Origin: the human T2T-CHM13v2.0 reference genome, Homo sapiens
Direction: 5' to 3' (one strand)
DNA: 64,000 nucleotides
Assembly: GCF_009914755.1 (NCBI RefSeq)
Contig: NC_060933.1
The first letter of the stretch is position 1. Every line of letters starts with the position of its first letter. Under the pieces are notes generated by a model. That model was not told where the DNA came from. It searched no databases and worked only from the letters and a program-made list of their open reading frames with translations. The position numbers and the translations under genes were made by a program. Below are positions 1-12,590 of the stretch, in pieces.

Positions 1-329
1 GATGAGGTCATTAGAGTGGGCCCTAATCAAATACGACTGTGTCCTTATAAAAATATGAAATTTGGACACAAAGACAGAGAAACAGAGAGAGAAGACAATG
101 TGAAGACACAGGAAGAACCCCATCTAATAGCCAAAGAAAACCTGGGGCTAGCCAGAGGCTAAGAGAAACCATGGAACAGAGTCTTCCTCAGAGACTTGAG
201 AAGGAACCAATCATGCTGACACCTAGATTTCAGGCTTCTAGACTGAAGAAATGTGAGGCAATGAATTTCTGTTGTTTAAGCTAACCAGTTTGTGGTATTT
301 TGTTTTGGCAGCTCTAGCAAACTAACACA
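1..329 (+). mobile_element. MaLR LTR (MLT1A/B-like), 5' part outside the window
   Basis: gatgaggtcattagagtgggccctaat...gtccttataa; gaaggaacca...gctgacac; ends tttgtggtatttt...gcagctctagcaaactaacaca, the typical MLT1 terminus. Confidence 0.85.
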
Positions 330-1398
330 TTCTGTAATACCAAAAAACAGATATGAAAGTTCAATATTAATATTACTATATCTTTTATAATACCTGAAAC
401 TAGTTACATTTTTGTATACCTTCTTCTTCCCCCATTTGTAAATATAGCATGATATCTATATCATAAAAAAATAGCCATCACATACTGTACTCTATCTCTA
501 TTAATTGAACTTTCATTTATTCATAGTTTTATAAGTAACCATATAGTTGACATTCATGACCTATTCATAAGTCTATCTCTGTCTATTATTTTGGTTGTCT
601 GAAGCTTCTTATCTAGTAGATTCCTGAGGAAGAGTTCATTGGGAAAGTATTCCCTATTTCATTTTACTTTAATAATTTTTTGATCCTACTATACTATAGA
701 TTTTGCTAAATATAAAATCCTTGGCTCACATTTTTTTCTTTGAGTATTTTAAATGTGTTGGTTCCATGTCATCTGGAATTATTACTGTTAACAAGACTAA
801 AAGTTACTAAATTTTCATTTTCTTATAAGTCACCTTTTCTTTTTGCCTAGATATCCAAAGGATATTTTTTCCAGTTATTTCACTAGTTATTCACAGAACA
901 TCTCTTGATGTTGGTCATTCTGGGGCAATATTCTCAGGTATGGAGTATGTTTTTTCATACGTATGTATATGTTTGTGTGTGTGTGTATATATACATCAAA
1001 AGTTTATATATATATCAAATGACATTTTAGTTTTTTATTGTACTTTTTCTTCTGATACATCTATTATGCGTATGAAGGGTCTTCTTAGCACATATATTCA
1101 ATAATTGCCATTTTCTCTACTCCTTGTCTATTTGTAAAAATTAAAAAACAAAACAAAACAAAATCAATGTACCCAATATGTTTGAGCTTATTTCAGACCT
1201 ATCTCCTCTTGAATCCTTAAGCCAAATATTAATGTAACCTGGCAACTATGTTCTTCTTTTCCCAGAAGTGTTTTCACTATCCTAGGTGACTTGTATTTTC
1301 ATACAGATTTCAAAATAAGTTCATAAATAAATATCTTCAAGAAGGCTTGCTAGTATGTTTATAGAAATTGTGTTGTATCTATAGAATAATTTAACATC

Positions 1399-1760
1399 TG
1401 ATATGGTTTGGCTCTGTGACCCCCACCCAAATCTAATCTCAAATTGTAATTCCCCACGTGTCTAGGGAGGGACCTGCTGGGAGGTGATTGGATCTTGAGG
1501 GCAATTTCCCTCATGCTGTTCTGTGATAGTAAGGGAGTTCTCACAAGATCCGGTTTTTTGGTTTTTGTTTTTGTGTTTCTTTTTTTTTTGATAAAAGTCT
1601 AGTGCTTGCCCCTGCTCCTGCTCTCTCTCTTCTGCCGCCTTGTGAAGAAGGTGCTTGCTTCTGCTTTGTCTTCCACCATGATTTTAAGTTTCCTGAGGCC
1701 TTCCAAGTTATGCAAAAGTGTGAGTTAACTAAACCTTTTTTATTTATAAATTACCAAATC
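1399..1760 (+). mobile_element. THE1C/D-type MaLR LTR, 3'-truncated, with internal T-rich tract at 1552-1590
   Basis: Starts tgatatggtttggctctgtgacccccacccaaatct; contains gccgccttgtgaagaaggtg, ccatgattttaagtttcctgaggcc; stops at ataaattacc without the usual ...ctaataca end. Confidence 0.9.
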
Positions 1761-3066
1761 TTACCTGAATATGGTAAGTCTCAATTGATTTAGGTCTTTT
1801 TTAAATTTTTTTGAGCAAAATTCTATAGTTTTAAGACCTTTTAAATAATTTGCTAAATTTATGCCTAATTATTTCAGTTTTATTCCATTGAAACTGGTAT
1901 CTGAAAATTTTAATTTCTATTTATTCATTGCCAGCATAAAGAAATACAACTGGACTTTCTCTCATTGACCTTGTACACCATGAGCTCAGTAAATTAATTT
2001 TTTAATTCTTGTAGTTTTTTGGCAGACTTTTTAGCACATATGCATGTATGATTATGTCACCTAAAAATTTTCGAAAATTATTTTATTTCAAAATGGTTTG
2101 CTTTTTACTAACTCCCCTTCCAATTCTTAGTGGGCTAGGATGCTCAGTGTAATGCTCAATAGAAAAATGAGAGAATACATACTTACCTTGTTTATGATAT
2201 TAGGAGGAAAACATTCCTTTTTTACTATTAAAGATGATGTTAGCTGTAGATGTTCTGTAGATTCTCTTTATCGGATTGAGGAATTTCTCTTCTATTCCTA
2301 GCATAAGGAAAGCTTTCCTCATTTATGGATATTAAGTTTTTCAAACACTTTTCCTGTCTTTATTGAGATGAACTTTTTATTGCTTTTTCAGTTAATATGA
2401 TAATTGCATTGATTTTTCATTTAAAATAAGGCTAACTTTTGATGTTGGAGGTAAACTCCACTTGAGCATGGTGTGATTTTTTAAATATATACTGCTGCAA
2501 TTTGGTAATATTTTGTTAACAAATTTTAGTTCTATGCTTGGAGCAAAAATGATATATGGTTTCTTTCCTTTTGATGTTTTAAATCTATTTTTAGTATCAG
2601 GGTAATGCTGTCTTCATAAAATGACATGGGAATTGGTCCCTTCTTTTCTATGTTTTGGAAGAGTTTGTGTGAAATCAGTATTATTTTTTATGCTTGGTAG
2701 AACTAGGAAAGCTAGAGGAACCCATAGTTCTTCCCCTTCTGAGATCCCAATTACCTGAATTTTGGATTATTTGATAATTTTCCCACTGGTCACTGAAATG
2801 TTGCTTTTTGTTGTTCTTAATTTTCCTCTGTGTACTTTATTTTAGATAGCTTATTTGCTTATATTTTAAAATGCACTGATTTATTTTTTCATTGTGTATT
2901 ATTGTTTCAGTCTCATGCAGGGATTTTTATTATAAATATTGTATTTTCATCTCTAACGGCTCTATTTTCTTTTATTTTGCAGTTCCATTTGGCTTTTCAT
3001 TATATTCATATTTAATTTGGAGGATATTGATTATATTTATAACTACTGTTTTAAAATTATTGCCTG

Positions 3067-3378
3067 GGCTGGAATCAGTGGCTCATGCCTGTAATCCCAG
3101 CACTTGGGGAGGCCAAGGTGAGTAGATCACTTGAGCTCAGGAGTTGAAGACCAACCTGGGCAACATGCCAAAAGCCCCATCTACCAAAAATACAAAAATT
3201 AGCTGGGCATGGTGGTGTGCACATATAGTCCCAGCCACTAAGGACATAGAGGTGGGAGGATGGCTTGAGCCCCAGAGGTAGAGGTTGCACTGAGCCAAGT
3301 TTGTGCCACTGTCCTAGGTGACAGGGCAAGACCCTACCTGAAAACAAATAAATAATAATAATAATAAATAAAATAAAA
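3067..3378 (+). mobile_element. AluJ (Jb-like)
   Basis: Dimeric Alu, J-type ggaggatggcttgagccc, (TAA)n tail, degenerate TSD aaaattattgcctg / aaaattgttgtctg. Confidence 0.92.
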
Positions 3379-5709
3379 TTGTTGTCTGAAATTCCATCAT
3401 TTCTGTTACATCTGAGGCATGATTTATATCTCTCCCAGTTGGGGGTAACATTCTCCCACTTTTTGGCAAAATTATCAGTTTTGTCAAAAATAGTTTTGAT
3501 TAGTCAATATTTGATTGGTGAGTGTTAAGCATTGCAAATATTACATTATAGAGTGTATCAATTTTGTTTTCTACTCTTATAATGTGTTTGGCTTTGATCT
3601 CAGAAGCAGTTAAACTACTTGCAGCTCATATTTATTAATTTAATGTTTGTTCTTAGTCTTTGTTGTAGAGTTTAGACTATGCTCTACTTTAAATCTAGTT
3701 GCAGTCCTAAAATAGGGCATGATGATTCTGGGAATCTGTCACAAACCCTAGTCAATCAGTGAGGATTGTAGATCCTGACTTACTGAAGCTCTAAGATTAC
3801 ATTAATTCCATGTTTTGCAATAAGAGTTGAAAATTATTAAACTTATAGCTGCCGTGTCGATTTTTGTCCAACCTTGTGGCATTTCATGCTATTCATTCCT
3901 GAGTCTTAGTCCCAAGATGTCCCAGTGCAAATTTTTAGGTCATTTTTTGGTTTTGGTTTTGTTTTAATGTTGTAGCTCCTTCTTTTCTGAAACTCTGATC
4001 TAAAATATTTAGCCAGTTCAACTTCTTAAAGTTTGATCTCTGTTTCCTCAACTGAGTAAAACTGCTGTGCTCTGTTTAGGATACCCCTTCATGCACCATG
4101 GTCTAGAACGTACCTTACGCAGGAATCCAAGTCAACTGTATGGCTACCTTGTTTGTTTTTTTCTTCTCTCAGGAATCATAGTTTTCTTTTTCCTGCTTTC
4201 TAATATCTAAAATGAATTTTTAATGTATCTTATTTTATTTTCTATCTATTTTTTATACTAAGAATGTAAGAATGTAAGTTCAATTCTTGTTAGTCCATCT
4301 TGGGTAGAAGAAGTTATCTATCCGATTTCTCTTTATTTTTTAGAAATTTCCACCTTTTCACATTCTATTTCTCTTAAGTCACTCTCTGTTCTATTTATTT
4401 GGTCATGTGTTTTCTCTAGTTTAGTACCCACTTATTAAAAACTTTTATTTCATTTCTAATTATTTATAGACTTTCATTATCTCATTTCTGAGGATTTTTC
4501 TGGTTGATGTTGGTCTTTCATGTTTTGTGTTATTTTCCTAATATCTTTTAGGTAACTTAGCAAATGATAGGCTACAGTATGGATTCATTTTGGGTGTGCC
4601 TCTCTGCTTTTTGTAGTACTTTCATGGAAGAAATGCCATTTTACTCTTAATTTTATTTTTCCTTATGATGACTTCAAAGGAAATTTTACTTCAATACTTT
4701 CCTATCGTTCAATGTGTTTCCTGAACTTTTAAGTGGTGATTTGTTAAGGATACCTTTTCCACTTTCACAAAGCTCCATTTTCTGCTGTTTTCACAGTGTT
4801 AAAACAAAGAAACAAACAAACAAAACTCCTTGCTTTTTGGCCTTCTAAAATTTCCTACCTTTGTAACCCTACTTCAGTTTTACTTGGTTGTTCTCTTTCC
4901 TTCATCTGTCCTCTCCCTATTCTACTTAATTTTGATACCATTTCAGCAACTACTCCTCAGTGTGGTCCTACATCATGTAAGAGAAACCAGGCTGGTTAAG
5001 GTTTAGGAATCATAGGGTCTGGTATGCTTTAGCCCCTTCAAATCTCTTCAGTGTCCCATGTAACCACCCTATATGGGATTGGACAAAATTCATCCCAAAT
5101 TACCCAAGATCTGATAAGATTTCCTAAGACTCTGGCCTCAGATTCACCAATGAGGATTTCCATGGAATATCTGTTGATCCTTTTACAAATCTCCTGTTCT
5201 CAAGTCCTGCACAGACTCTAATATGACAAGAATCACGTAGCCAGTAGTGTTTTATTCCTTATGTCTTGTAATCTGTGATTCACAAGGATACTTTCTCACC
5301 TAATTGTGTTGCAAATGTTTTTCACCCATTGTTGGTCTTAATATCTGATTGATCTGTCTATTTTTACATGAGGATTTGAAGTCGCTCAAAATCTGTTTTG
5401 CTACTACCACCATACCCCTAGGATCCTCCAAATCAGTAATTTTTTGAATGAAAAGTGGTGATATTAAAAGTTACTCTATAACAAATGGCATAGATTGGAA
5501 CTGCTCTAGTCAAACTGAAATGTATGGCCATTGTATCCACAGCCTAAGGATAAAATTCACAAGCCTTAGCTTGGCCTGCAATATCCTTAAAGATTTGGTC
5601 TTTACTTACCTCTTCATTACATTTCCTTCCATCACTGACTCAAATATATTCTATGCATTAAACATAATAATGTATATACAAATAAAGTTTCACAAATAAA
5701 CAGTGTTTC

Positions 5710-6420
5710 ATGGTTGTGGTGTTCTTAATTACACCAAATTAACCAGAGTAATGGAGGAGTTTTAGTATGAGCCATTATCCCTGAAAGACCCTGGAAAACT
5801 CATACATACCCCTTATGATACTGAGTCTTAAGCATTGTTGATGGAAGCAAGGGGCATGGAGAGTGTTACAGTGTTACCTTATCATCAGTTTCTTTTGGAG
5901 GGGCTTAAGACACCAAAGCTCACCCTCTCAACTTACATAGTATAGTATATATCCTTAGACCAAAAGCTGAACTCATGTGAGTTAATGGCTTAAGTAGCAG
6001 AAACAGCTTTTTCCTTATATCACTGACCAAATTTACCTTGGTGCAGGCAAGCTAAACTTGCCACTCTGTATATTCAGGTGTTTAAAAGTGGAAGCTTATT
6101 TGTTAGGAGACATACTGTCTAATCTCCCAACTTGGATTCAAAATCAAAATACTCCCATCGTGTGGGAGACTCCAGTTGTCAGAGAATATAACATTAGTGA
6201 CTTCTCTTTGACAATGCCTTGACTATTGCTTAGCCTCTGTCTATCACAGCTGGTCCAAGGGGCTGAGCTGAGTTTCAGAGCATGAAATTAAAAAGTAGGA
6301 TATACATTTCTCAGGCCAAGCTTATGATTATTGCTCAATTGATTAAGTTTCTTTGTGTGTGCCTCTGTCTATATAAAGAGGCTTTTCTTGTTATTGGTCC
6401 TTCTTATTCAGTTATGGTAC
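5710..6420. mobile_element. Possible ancient ERV LTR relic (LTR78-like)
   Basis: gttgtggtgttcttaattacaccaaattaaccagagtaatg start and ...ttattcagttatggtaca end resemble old LTR termini; weak recall only. Confidence 0.3.
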
Positions 6421-6799
6421 AGAAGTCATAACTTATTTAGAATCAGTTTATCCACTCCTAAGACTAGTTTATTATCAAGATAGATATCTCAGTCTTAGTG
6501 AAACAGAGTTTATAAGCACTGAAGCAAGACAAGGAAGCACTTAAAAGAATGAGAGTTTGTCTAATTTCTTCATTTAAAGGAAGCATTTCAAGCCTTAATA
6601 TTTTAACTTTATTGAAGATTATTTCTCCCTTTCCCAAGAAAATAGAAATATTATTTAAGAAATCTATCTATGCTGTCATATACACTTCCATGTTTTCTGT
6701 AAATTCTATTCTATCCTTAAGATTCTTTAAAGACTCTCCACCTAGTCCTTCAAATTTGTAATAGATATTTCTTCTTTATCCACCAAGATTTCAATAATT

Positions 6800-7190
6800 T
6801 TTTCACCTTTTGTATGCCCATAGTACTTCGTTAATACATCTGTATGTACATCTAATTTTATTGTGGTAAAGTAATTTGAACAGATTTTTTTCTTTCCTGC
6901 TAGCCTCTCTCTTACTTCCTTATGAATAGAGGCTGTACCTTATTCATCTTTATATCTCTGAGCATAACATAGTTGCCAGACATATGGTTAGCATTCAAAA
7001 TATATTTGTTGAATAATAAATTATTTAATTAGTAAAAATGATAACTAAATTTTAATGAGCACATGTACTATTCTGTGGACACTGCTAAATTTAGAACAAA
7101 TTTGCAAAGTACATGGTATTATTTAATCTACCTCAAACTGAAGAACATGAGGCCCAGCGAAGTTAAAAAAATTGCTTACCATAATGTGGT
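6800..7190 (+). mobile_element. L2 3' end followed by a MIR fragment
   Basis: ccttattcatctttatatctctgagcataacatagttgccagacatatgg...tatttgttgaat; aagaacatgaggcccagcgaagttaa. Confidence 0.7.
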
Positions 7191-7309
7191 TGATATAATC
7201 TCATATAATTGGCTATATAATCTTAACAAAGTTACTTAAGAAAAAATATTTCAAGGAAATGAAAAAAAATGTATAAGGGTAGGTATGCTTAGAAAAAGTA
7301 AGTAGATAT

Positions 7310-7800
7310 TGCATCCATCAGGGCCCATTCAAGAAAACTGAAACCTTACCAGCCATTTCAACAGAAAGAATTTAATATTGAGAATTGGTTACACAGGCAT
7401 TGGAAAGCTCAAAGAGCCTAAAGGAAATACTGAGTAAATTCCAAGATAGCAATTGAAGATAATAGCTATCATCTGTATTATTTGGGTAACTAAAGAGAAG
7501 AAGTAAAATCACCAAAATTTAGAAGCTCAAAGAACAAATTCTATAGACAGAACTATTCTCAGATCTCTGAGGTGGAAATATCACTTAGCTGCTCCTGCTA
7601 CCTTTGAGGGGACATTTGGTGCTGGCACTGGGAATCCTGAAAAAGCAGGAATCTAAAAAAGAAATGTCCTTTCTGCCTCACTCCTGTCTTTCAATCTTCC
7701 TCTAGTGTCTCTTATTGACAGAACTCAAAAAACAGAAGCCACTGGGCAAGGAAGTCTAAGAAATGTCGCTTTCAGAGTTCCAGCCACAGCATCATAAAGC
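7310..7800 (-). mobile_element. Ancient ERVL-type LTR relic
   Basis: tcagggcccattcaagaaaactgaaaccttaccagccatttcaacagaaagaatttaat resembles the reverse-complemented 3' end of old ERVL LTRs. Confidence 0.5.
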
Positions 7801-9595
7801 AGTCTAGAAGTGTTGGTTTGGAATTCAGACAATAGGAAAATAACTGACATGCCTAATCTAGATATAATTTGAATTTTTTTGATGAGTTTATGTGTGAGGG
7901 AAAAATTCAAAAGGTAAAAATGACTCATTTTTTCAAATATCTGCTAAGCACCATACACCATGTTAAGCTCTTAAAAATACTACTTATTCAACAAACATTT
8001 ATTGACTGTATACTATTTCCAGCCACTGTAAAAGACCCTTTAAGTGTAATGGTGCATAGAATGACATTATAATTTTTTCATGGATTTAGAGACTTGAAGG
8101 AAAAATGGGCAAATAAATATGTGTTTATAACATGTGTACCTATATAACTTGAATCAGGTAACAATCTTGAAAAGGAGTCAGAAAAGAAATTAAGAATAAA
8201 GAAGTGATTTAAATTTTCAAGGGCTTTAAGGACTAAGTAGCACAGACAGGATCTGAACATTGAAATGTAAGAGCTGAGGTCTATGTCTGTTCCCAAGGTA
8301 CCACTCTTCTTGGTGAGTGAGAGAAGTCTAGAATGGCATCTTGACTGCTGAGTTCTGCAGGCTCATAGAGGGAAAAGCTAAAAAATAAGTTAGTTGATTT
8401 TACTCTTATTCTTTAGCTTCCTCAAAAATTGCAAATGAATATCTTACATGGATACCATGCCAAGGGAAAATAAATTCTCATTAGTTTTATCAAAGTGTTT
8501 ATACTTTACATTTGTAGAGCCACATTACATGTGTGTTTCTGCGCTTTGGACTAACTAGACATCCTGTTGATCAATAAGGTTAGGGGAGAAAACCCCCTTA
8601 TTTCATCCTCCAGTATGATTTCCTGAAAAAGCATGGTACTAAAATTTCAACTACAAGAAGAATTGCTAGAGGCTATAAAAATTCTCTTTTGTGCTAGATA
8701 AATGATGTTGAGTGTTTTGGTTGTTTTGTTTTATCATTTCAAAACTCTATTAGTTATTTCTCATGACTGCCTAGTAGCTATGAGCTGTATGACCTGAGTC
8801 ACTGGGAAAAGAGACAGAGCAGAATTCATTAGAGCTGAAAGAATCTTTAAACCATTTGATTTACACATAAAGAAACTGTGACACTGGAGAAGTTAAGTGA
8901 CTTCTCTCAGTCTCCCATTATTAGCTTGTTAGGGGGAAAAATCTATTAAATATTGAGATCATGACCACAGGTCCCAGCCCTTTCCACAGTGTCATATATG
9001 TTAAATATATTTAGTTCTTCATAAAAGAAAAAAAGCAGTTAAATGAACTGGTGCAAAAGGTTTAACAGCACTTAGAGACTTCAGTAATGAAGATATTGTT
9101 TAGAAATTCCTGGGACCTAGGAAGTAACTCCCAGTAATCTCATCACTTGAAGCCGCTGATTTGAAAGATAATTTTGGTTGGAAAGAGGAATTCACTGTTA
9201 ATAATTTAAAATGGAGGACACAAGTTGGTGGGATTGCAAGATGAGAACGTTCTGGCAATGTAGATTTAGGTAGTTTCATAGAGCCCAAGGAAATTCATAC
9301 AAGCATCTTGGCATAAAACTCTGACACTTGTTAAGTGCAGTACAAGAGATTGAGAATATTAGGGAAAGGTGGTTATGTCCAGGGTAGAACCACCGAATAG
9401 GATCTAAGTGACTTTATGTGAGATCTTCATGAAAAGAGAAACATTGAAGCCTAAGTTTCATAGACCTATATGTAGCTCCTGGAGGTTTTATTGACTGTAA
9501 ATGCTATATTGACCAGTAGAATAAATTTGCCTGATATTTTCTCTTTGCATTTCCCAAATAGTTTCTGAGTGAACATGGAAAAAAATAATCAGTTA

Positions 9596-9767
9596 CTGAG
9601 ATACTAATACCTGGCATAAGCAAACAAAAACTAAGCTTATGCCATTAAAAAAAAGATTCTAATAGGCTAAAAACAAACCAGGAAGCAGAAGCCCATTATG
9701 AGTCCTCCTATTCTAAAAATAGAGTGATGATCTCCACAAGTGGAGACCATGTGTTCTATAGGGTCTC
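9596..9767 (+). repeat. Left arm (donor) of a 172-bp inverted repeat; partner at 11890-12061
   Basis: Manual alignment to the reverse complement of 11890-12061: 172 bp, no gaps, 6 mismatches, first ~97 bp identical. Confidence 0.97.
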
Positions 9768-9916
9768 CAAATTCAGCCCAATTTAAGGAGTATTGTCCTG
9801 TCTTTGTTTTTTGAATCAGAGAGAGCTAGGTTTCAATCCTGGAACCTACATTAAGGCAGTGTGACTTCAAAGAATTTACCTAATTTTCTGAGTCTTACTT
9901 TAAAATAGAAATAACT

Positions 9917-10239
<323 letters not shown>

Positions 10240-10639
10240 TTAGAAAGAATAGTCCCTGATATATAATAGAAATTTGACACACCAGAATTACTGAAAAGAA
10301 GTTGTTTCAATATGATGGAAAAGATACATATGGAGTAGGCAGTTTGCTGCCTAATGTTCAACATAATTTGATTACTTTTAGCACTATGTTTGGACTTCCT
10401 AAACAGAAAGGAGAAAATCATAAATAGCTCTCATTCTGAAAAGAATAGATAAAAAGGTACTGTCAGATAAGGAATGAGAGAAGATGAAGATTGTTGTGGA
10501 GATTGACCAGCTATAATATTTCACATATTAATTAGCTTTTGCTTGTTACTTGCTGCTTCCCTAAGAATATAGGTCTTATCGGACACCTGAAGCCAAGTCA
10601 AATAAAGGGCATTAAGTAGGTCAGGCAAAGAACATTTAA

Positions 10640-10750
10640 TTGACTTTATTTAATCATTCCACATCATATACACATATCAAAACATCATACTGTGCCCCAT
10701 AAACACAGACAACATAATTTGTCAATTAGAAATAAAAGAAAAAGAAAATA
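10640..10750 (+). mobile_element. L1MA-type 3' terminal fragment
   Basis: atttaatcattccacatcatatacacatatcaaaacatcatactgtgccccataaa...tttgtcaatta plus A-rich tail. Confidence 0.8.
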
Positions 10751-10799
10751 TAAATCTTTTCAAACTTTGAGAAGATAATAAAATGAGGTGAGTTTTATT

Positions 10800-11545
10800 C
10801 ATGCTTTCATTTATTCAATATTATTAAGCAACTATTATATATACTGGAGATTTCATGGAAAACAAAAATAGTCATGTACCTGACTTTCTGGAGCTTATAG
10901 TTTAGTTTAGGAAACAAATAATAATCAAAATCCCATAAATGTGTAATTATAAACTGTAATGAATTCAATGATGAAAAAATACAGAAAATGTAGAGAGTAT
11001 TTCTGAAAAACCTGAGTAAATCCAAAGGCCAGAAGGACTCCCATGAGGAAGAGACAAACTGGCTGATATCTGAGAGATATAGAGGAGTTAACCAGGTGGA
11101 ATGGTAGGAAGAGAACTACCAAGGCCTAGAGGGAGGAAAGAACATGGGAATGTTTAAGGAACTACACAAGAGGTATTAGGCTGGAGCACAAACAAAGAGG
11201 GGCATGGAGGCAAAATAGGGTCTTGGATGCAAAGAGAGAAGCCAGATAATTTAAAGCATGTAGATCTTGGTAAAAATTTTATTTCTTATATTAATTAAGG
11301 GCTTTAAACAGAGTAGTGACATTACTGAAATTGCGTTTTTAAGTGCTGACTATTCTTAAAGAATGACCTGGAGAAAGATAAAAGTTGTTACTGAGAGAAT
11401 TATGAAGCTCCTGCCATTGTTCAGTAAACAGATATGATAGCTTCATCTAAGATGACAATAAAAACAGAAAGAAGTAGATAGATTCAAGTTGGGAAGCTGG
11501 CTTATGTGCTTAAACTTCTTGGTAGACTAGATGTGGAGGATATAG
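10800..11545 (-). mobile_element. L2 fragment
   Basis: ttcatttattcaat...ggagcttatagtttagt...ctgagagatatagaggagttaaccagg...ggctggagca, typical antisense L2. Confidence 0.75.
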
Positions 11546-11830
11546 ATATGGAGGGCAGGAGGAGGTGTACTGAGAGCTGAAGGTTTGATTTGGGTTAGAA
11601 GAAGGGAGATAGAAAAGACAGCTATAAGTGTAAAATTACCCTTATCAGTTGACATTATGCTCTGACTGAGATGTCCTCATTGCTTCAAGGAATCCCTACT
11701 GGGAGAAAGTAGGAAACCATATATGTAAGCAGGATGAGCTTGGCCCAAATACACTGCCCTTCTTGTCTTTTTCTGATGGATATGAAGAATCTGATGGTCT
11801 AGATAATCTTCTGAGTATACAGATGCAGTT

Positions 11831-11866
11831 TGTGGTGGCCAGCCTACACACCATCCCCAAAGGCCC
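11831..11866 (+). mobile_element. 5' part of an MLT1F-like LTR split by the HERV-L insertion
   Basis: tgtggtggccagcct...ccccaaaggccc continues colinearly at 19561. Confidence 0.7.
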
Positions 11867-11889
11867 TGTAGCAGGAGAATCTAATACCT

Positions 11890-12061
11890 GAGACCCTATA
11901 GAACAGATGGTCTCCACTTGTAGAGATCATCACTCTATTTTGGGGATAGGAGGACTCATAATGAGCTTCTGCTTCCTGGTTTGTTTTTAGCCTATTAGAA
12001 TCTTTTTTTTAATGGCATAAGCTTAGTTTTTGTTTGCTTATGCCAGGTATTAGTATCTCAG
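11890..12061 (-). repeat. Right arm (derived copy) of the 172-bp inverted repeat, lying inside the ERV TSD
   Basis: Reverse complement of 9596-9767. Confidence 0.97.
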
Positions 12062-12451
12062 ATATTAGTTGACGCTAATACTTAGCGTCAACTTCATTGG
12101 ATTGAAGGATGCAAAGTATTGATCCTGGGTGTGTCTGTGAGGGTGTTGCCAAAGGAGATTAACATTTGAATCAGTGGGCTGGGAAAAGCAGACCCACCCT
12201 TAATCTGGGTGGGCACAATCTAACCAGCTGCCAACACGGTCAGAGTAAAAAGCAGGCAGAAGAACATGAAAAGATCAGACTGGCTTAGCCTCCCAGCTTA
12301 CATCTTTCTTTTGTGCTTCATGCTTCCTATCCTTGAACATTGGACTTCAAGTTCTTCAGCTTTGGGACTTGGACTGGCTTCCTTGTTCCTCAGCTTACAG
12401 ATGATTTATTGTGGGATCATGTGATCATGTGAGTTAATGTTCCTTAATAAA

Positions 12452-12454
<3 letters not shown>

Positions 12455-12488
<34 letters not shown>
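12455..12488. repeat. (CT)n microsatellite
   Basis: Direct reading. Confidence 0.97.
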
Positions 12489-12490
<2 letters not shown>

Positions 12491-12492
<2 letters not shown>

Positions 12493-12590
12493 AAACTCCT
12501 TGCCTCTCATGAGCGGTGAATCAGGAGTGTTAAAGGCATTTATTTTGCATAACTTTCTAAACAGTTAATACCAAGGACTATCAGTGTTCT
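12491..12590 (-). repeat. 100-bp inverted copy of HERV-L internal sequence 13723-13822
   Basis: Manual alignment: 100 bp, no gaps, 5 mismatches. Confidence 0.97.

Larger units (their letters stand above)
330..5430 (-). mobile_element. Highly diverged antisense L1M fragments, interrupted by a THE1 LTR and an AluJ
   Basis: T-rich antisense L1 text such as gatgatgttagctgtag, gattgaggaatttctcttctattcctag, agtatcagggtaatgctgtcttcataaaatga; boundaries approximate. Confidence 0.7.
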
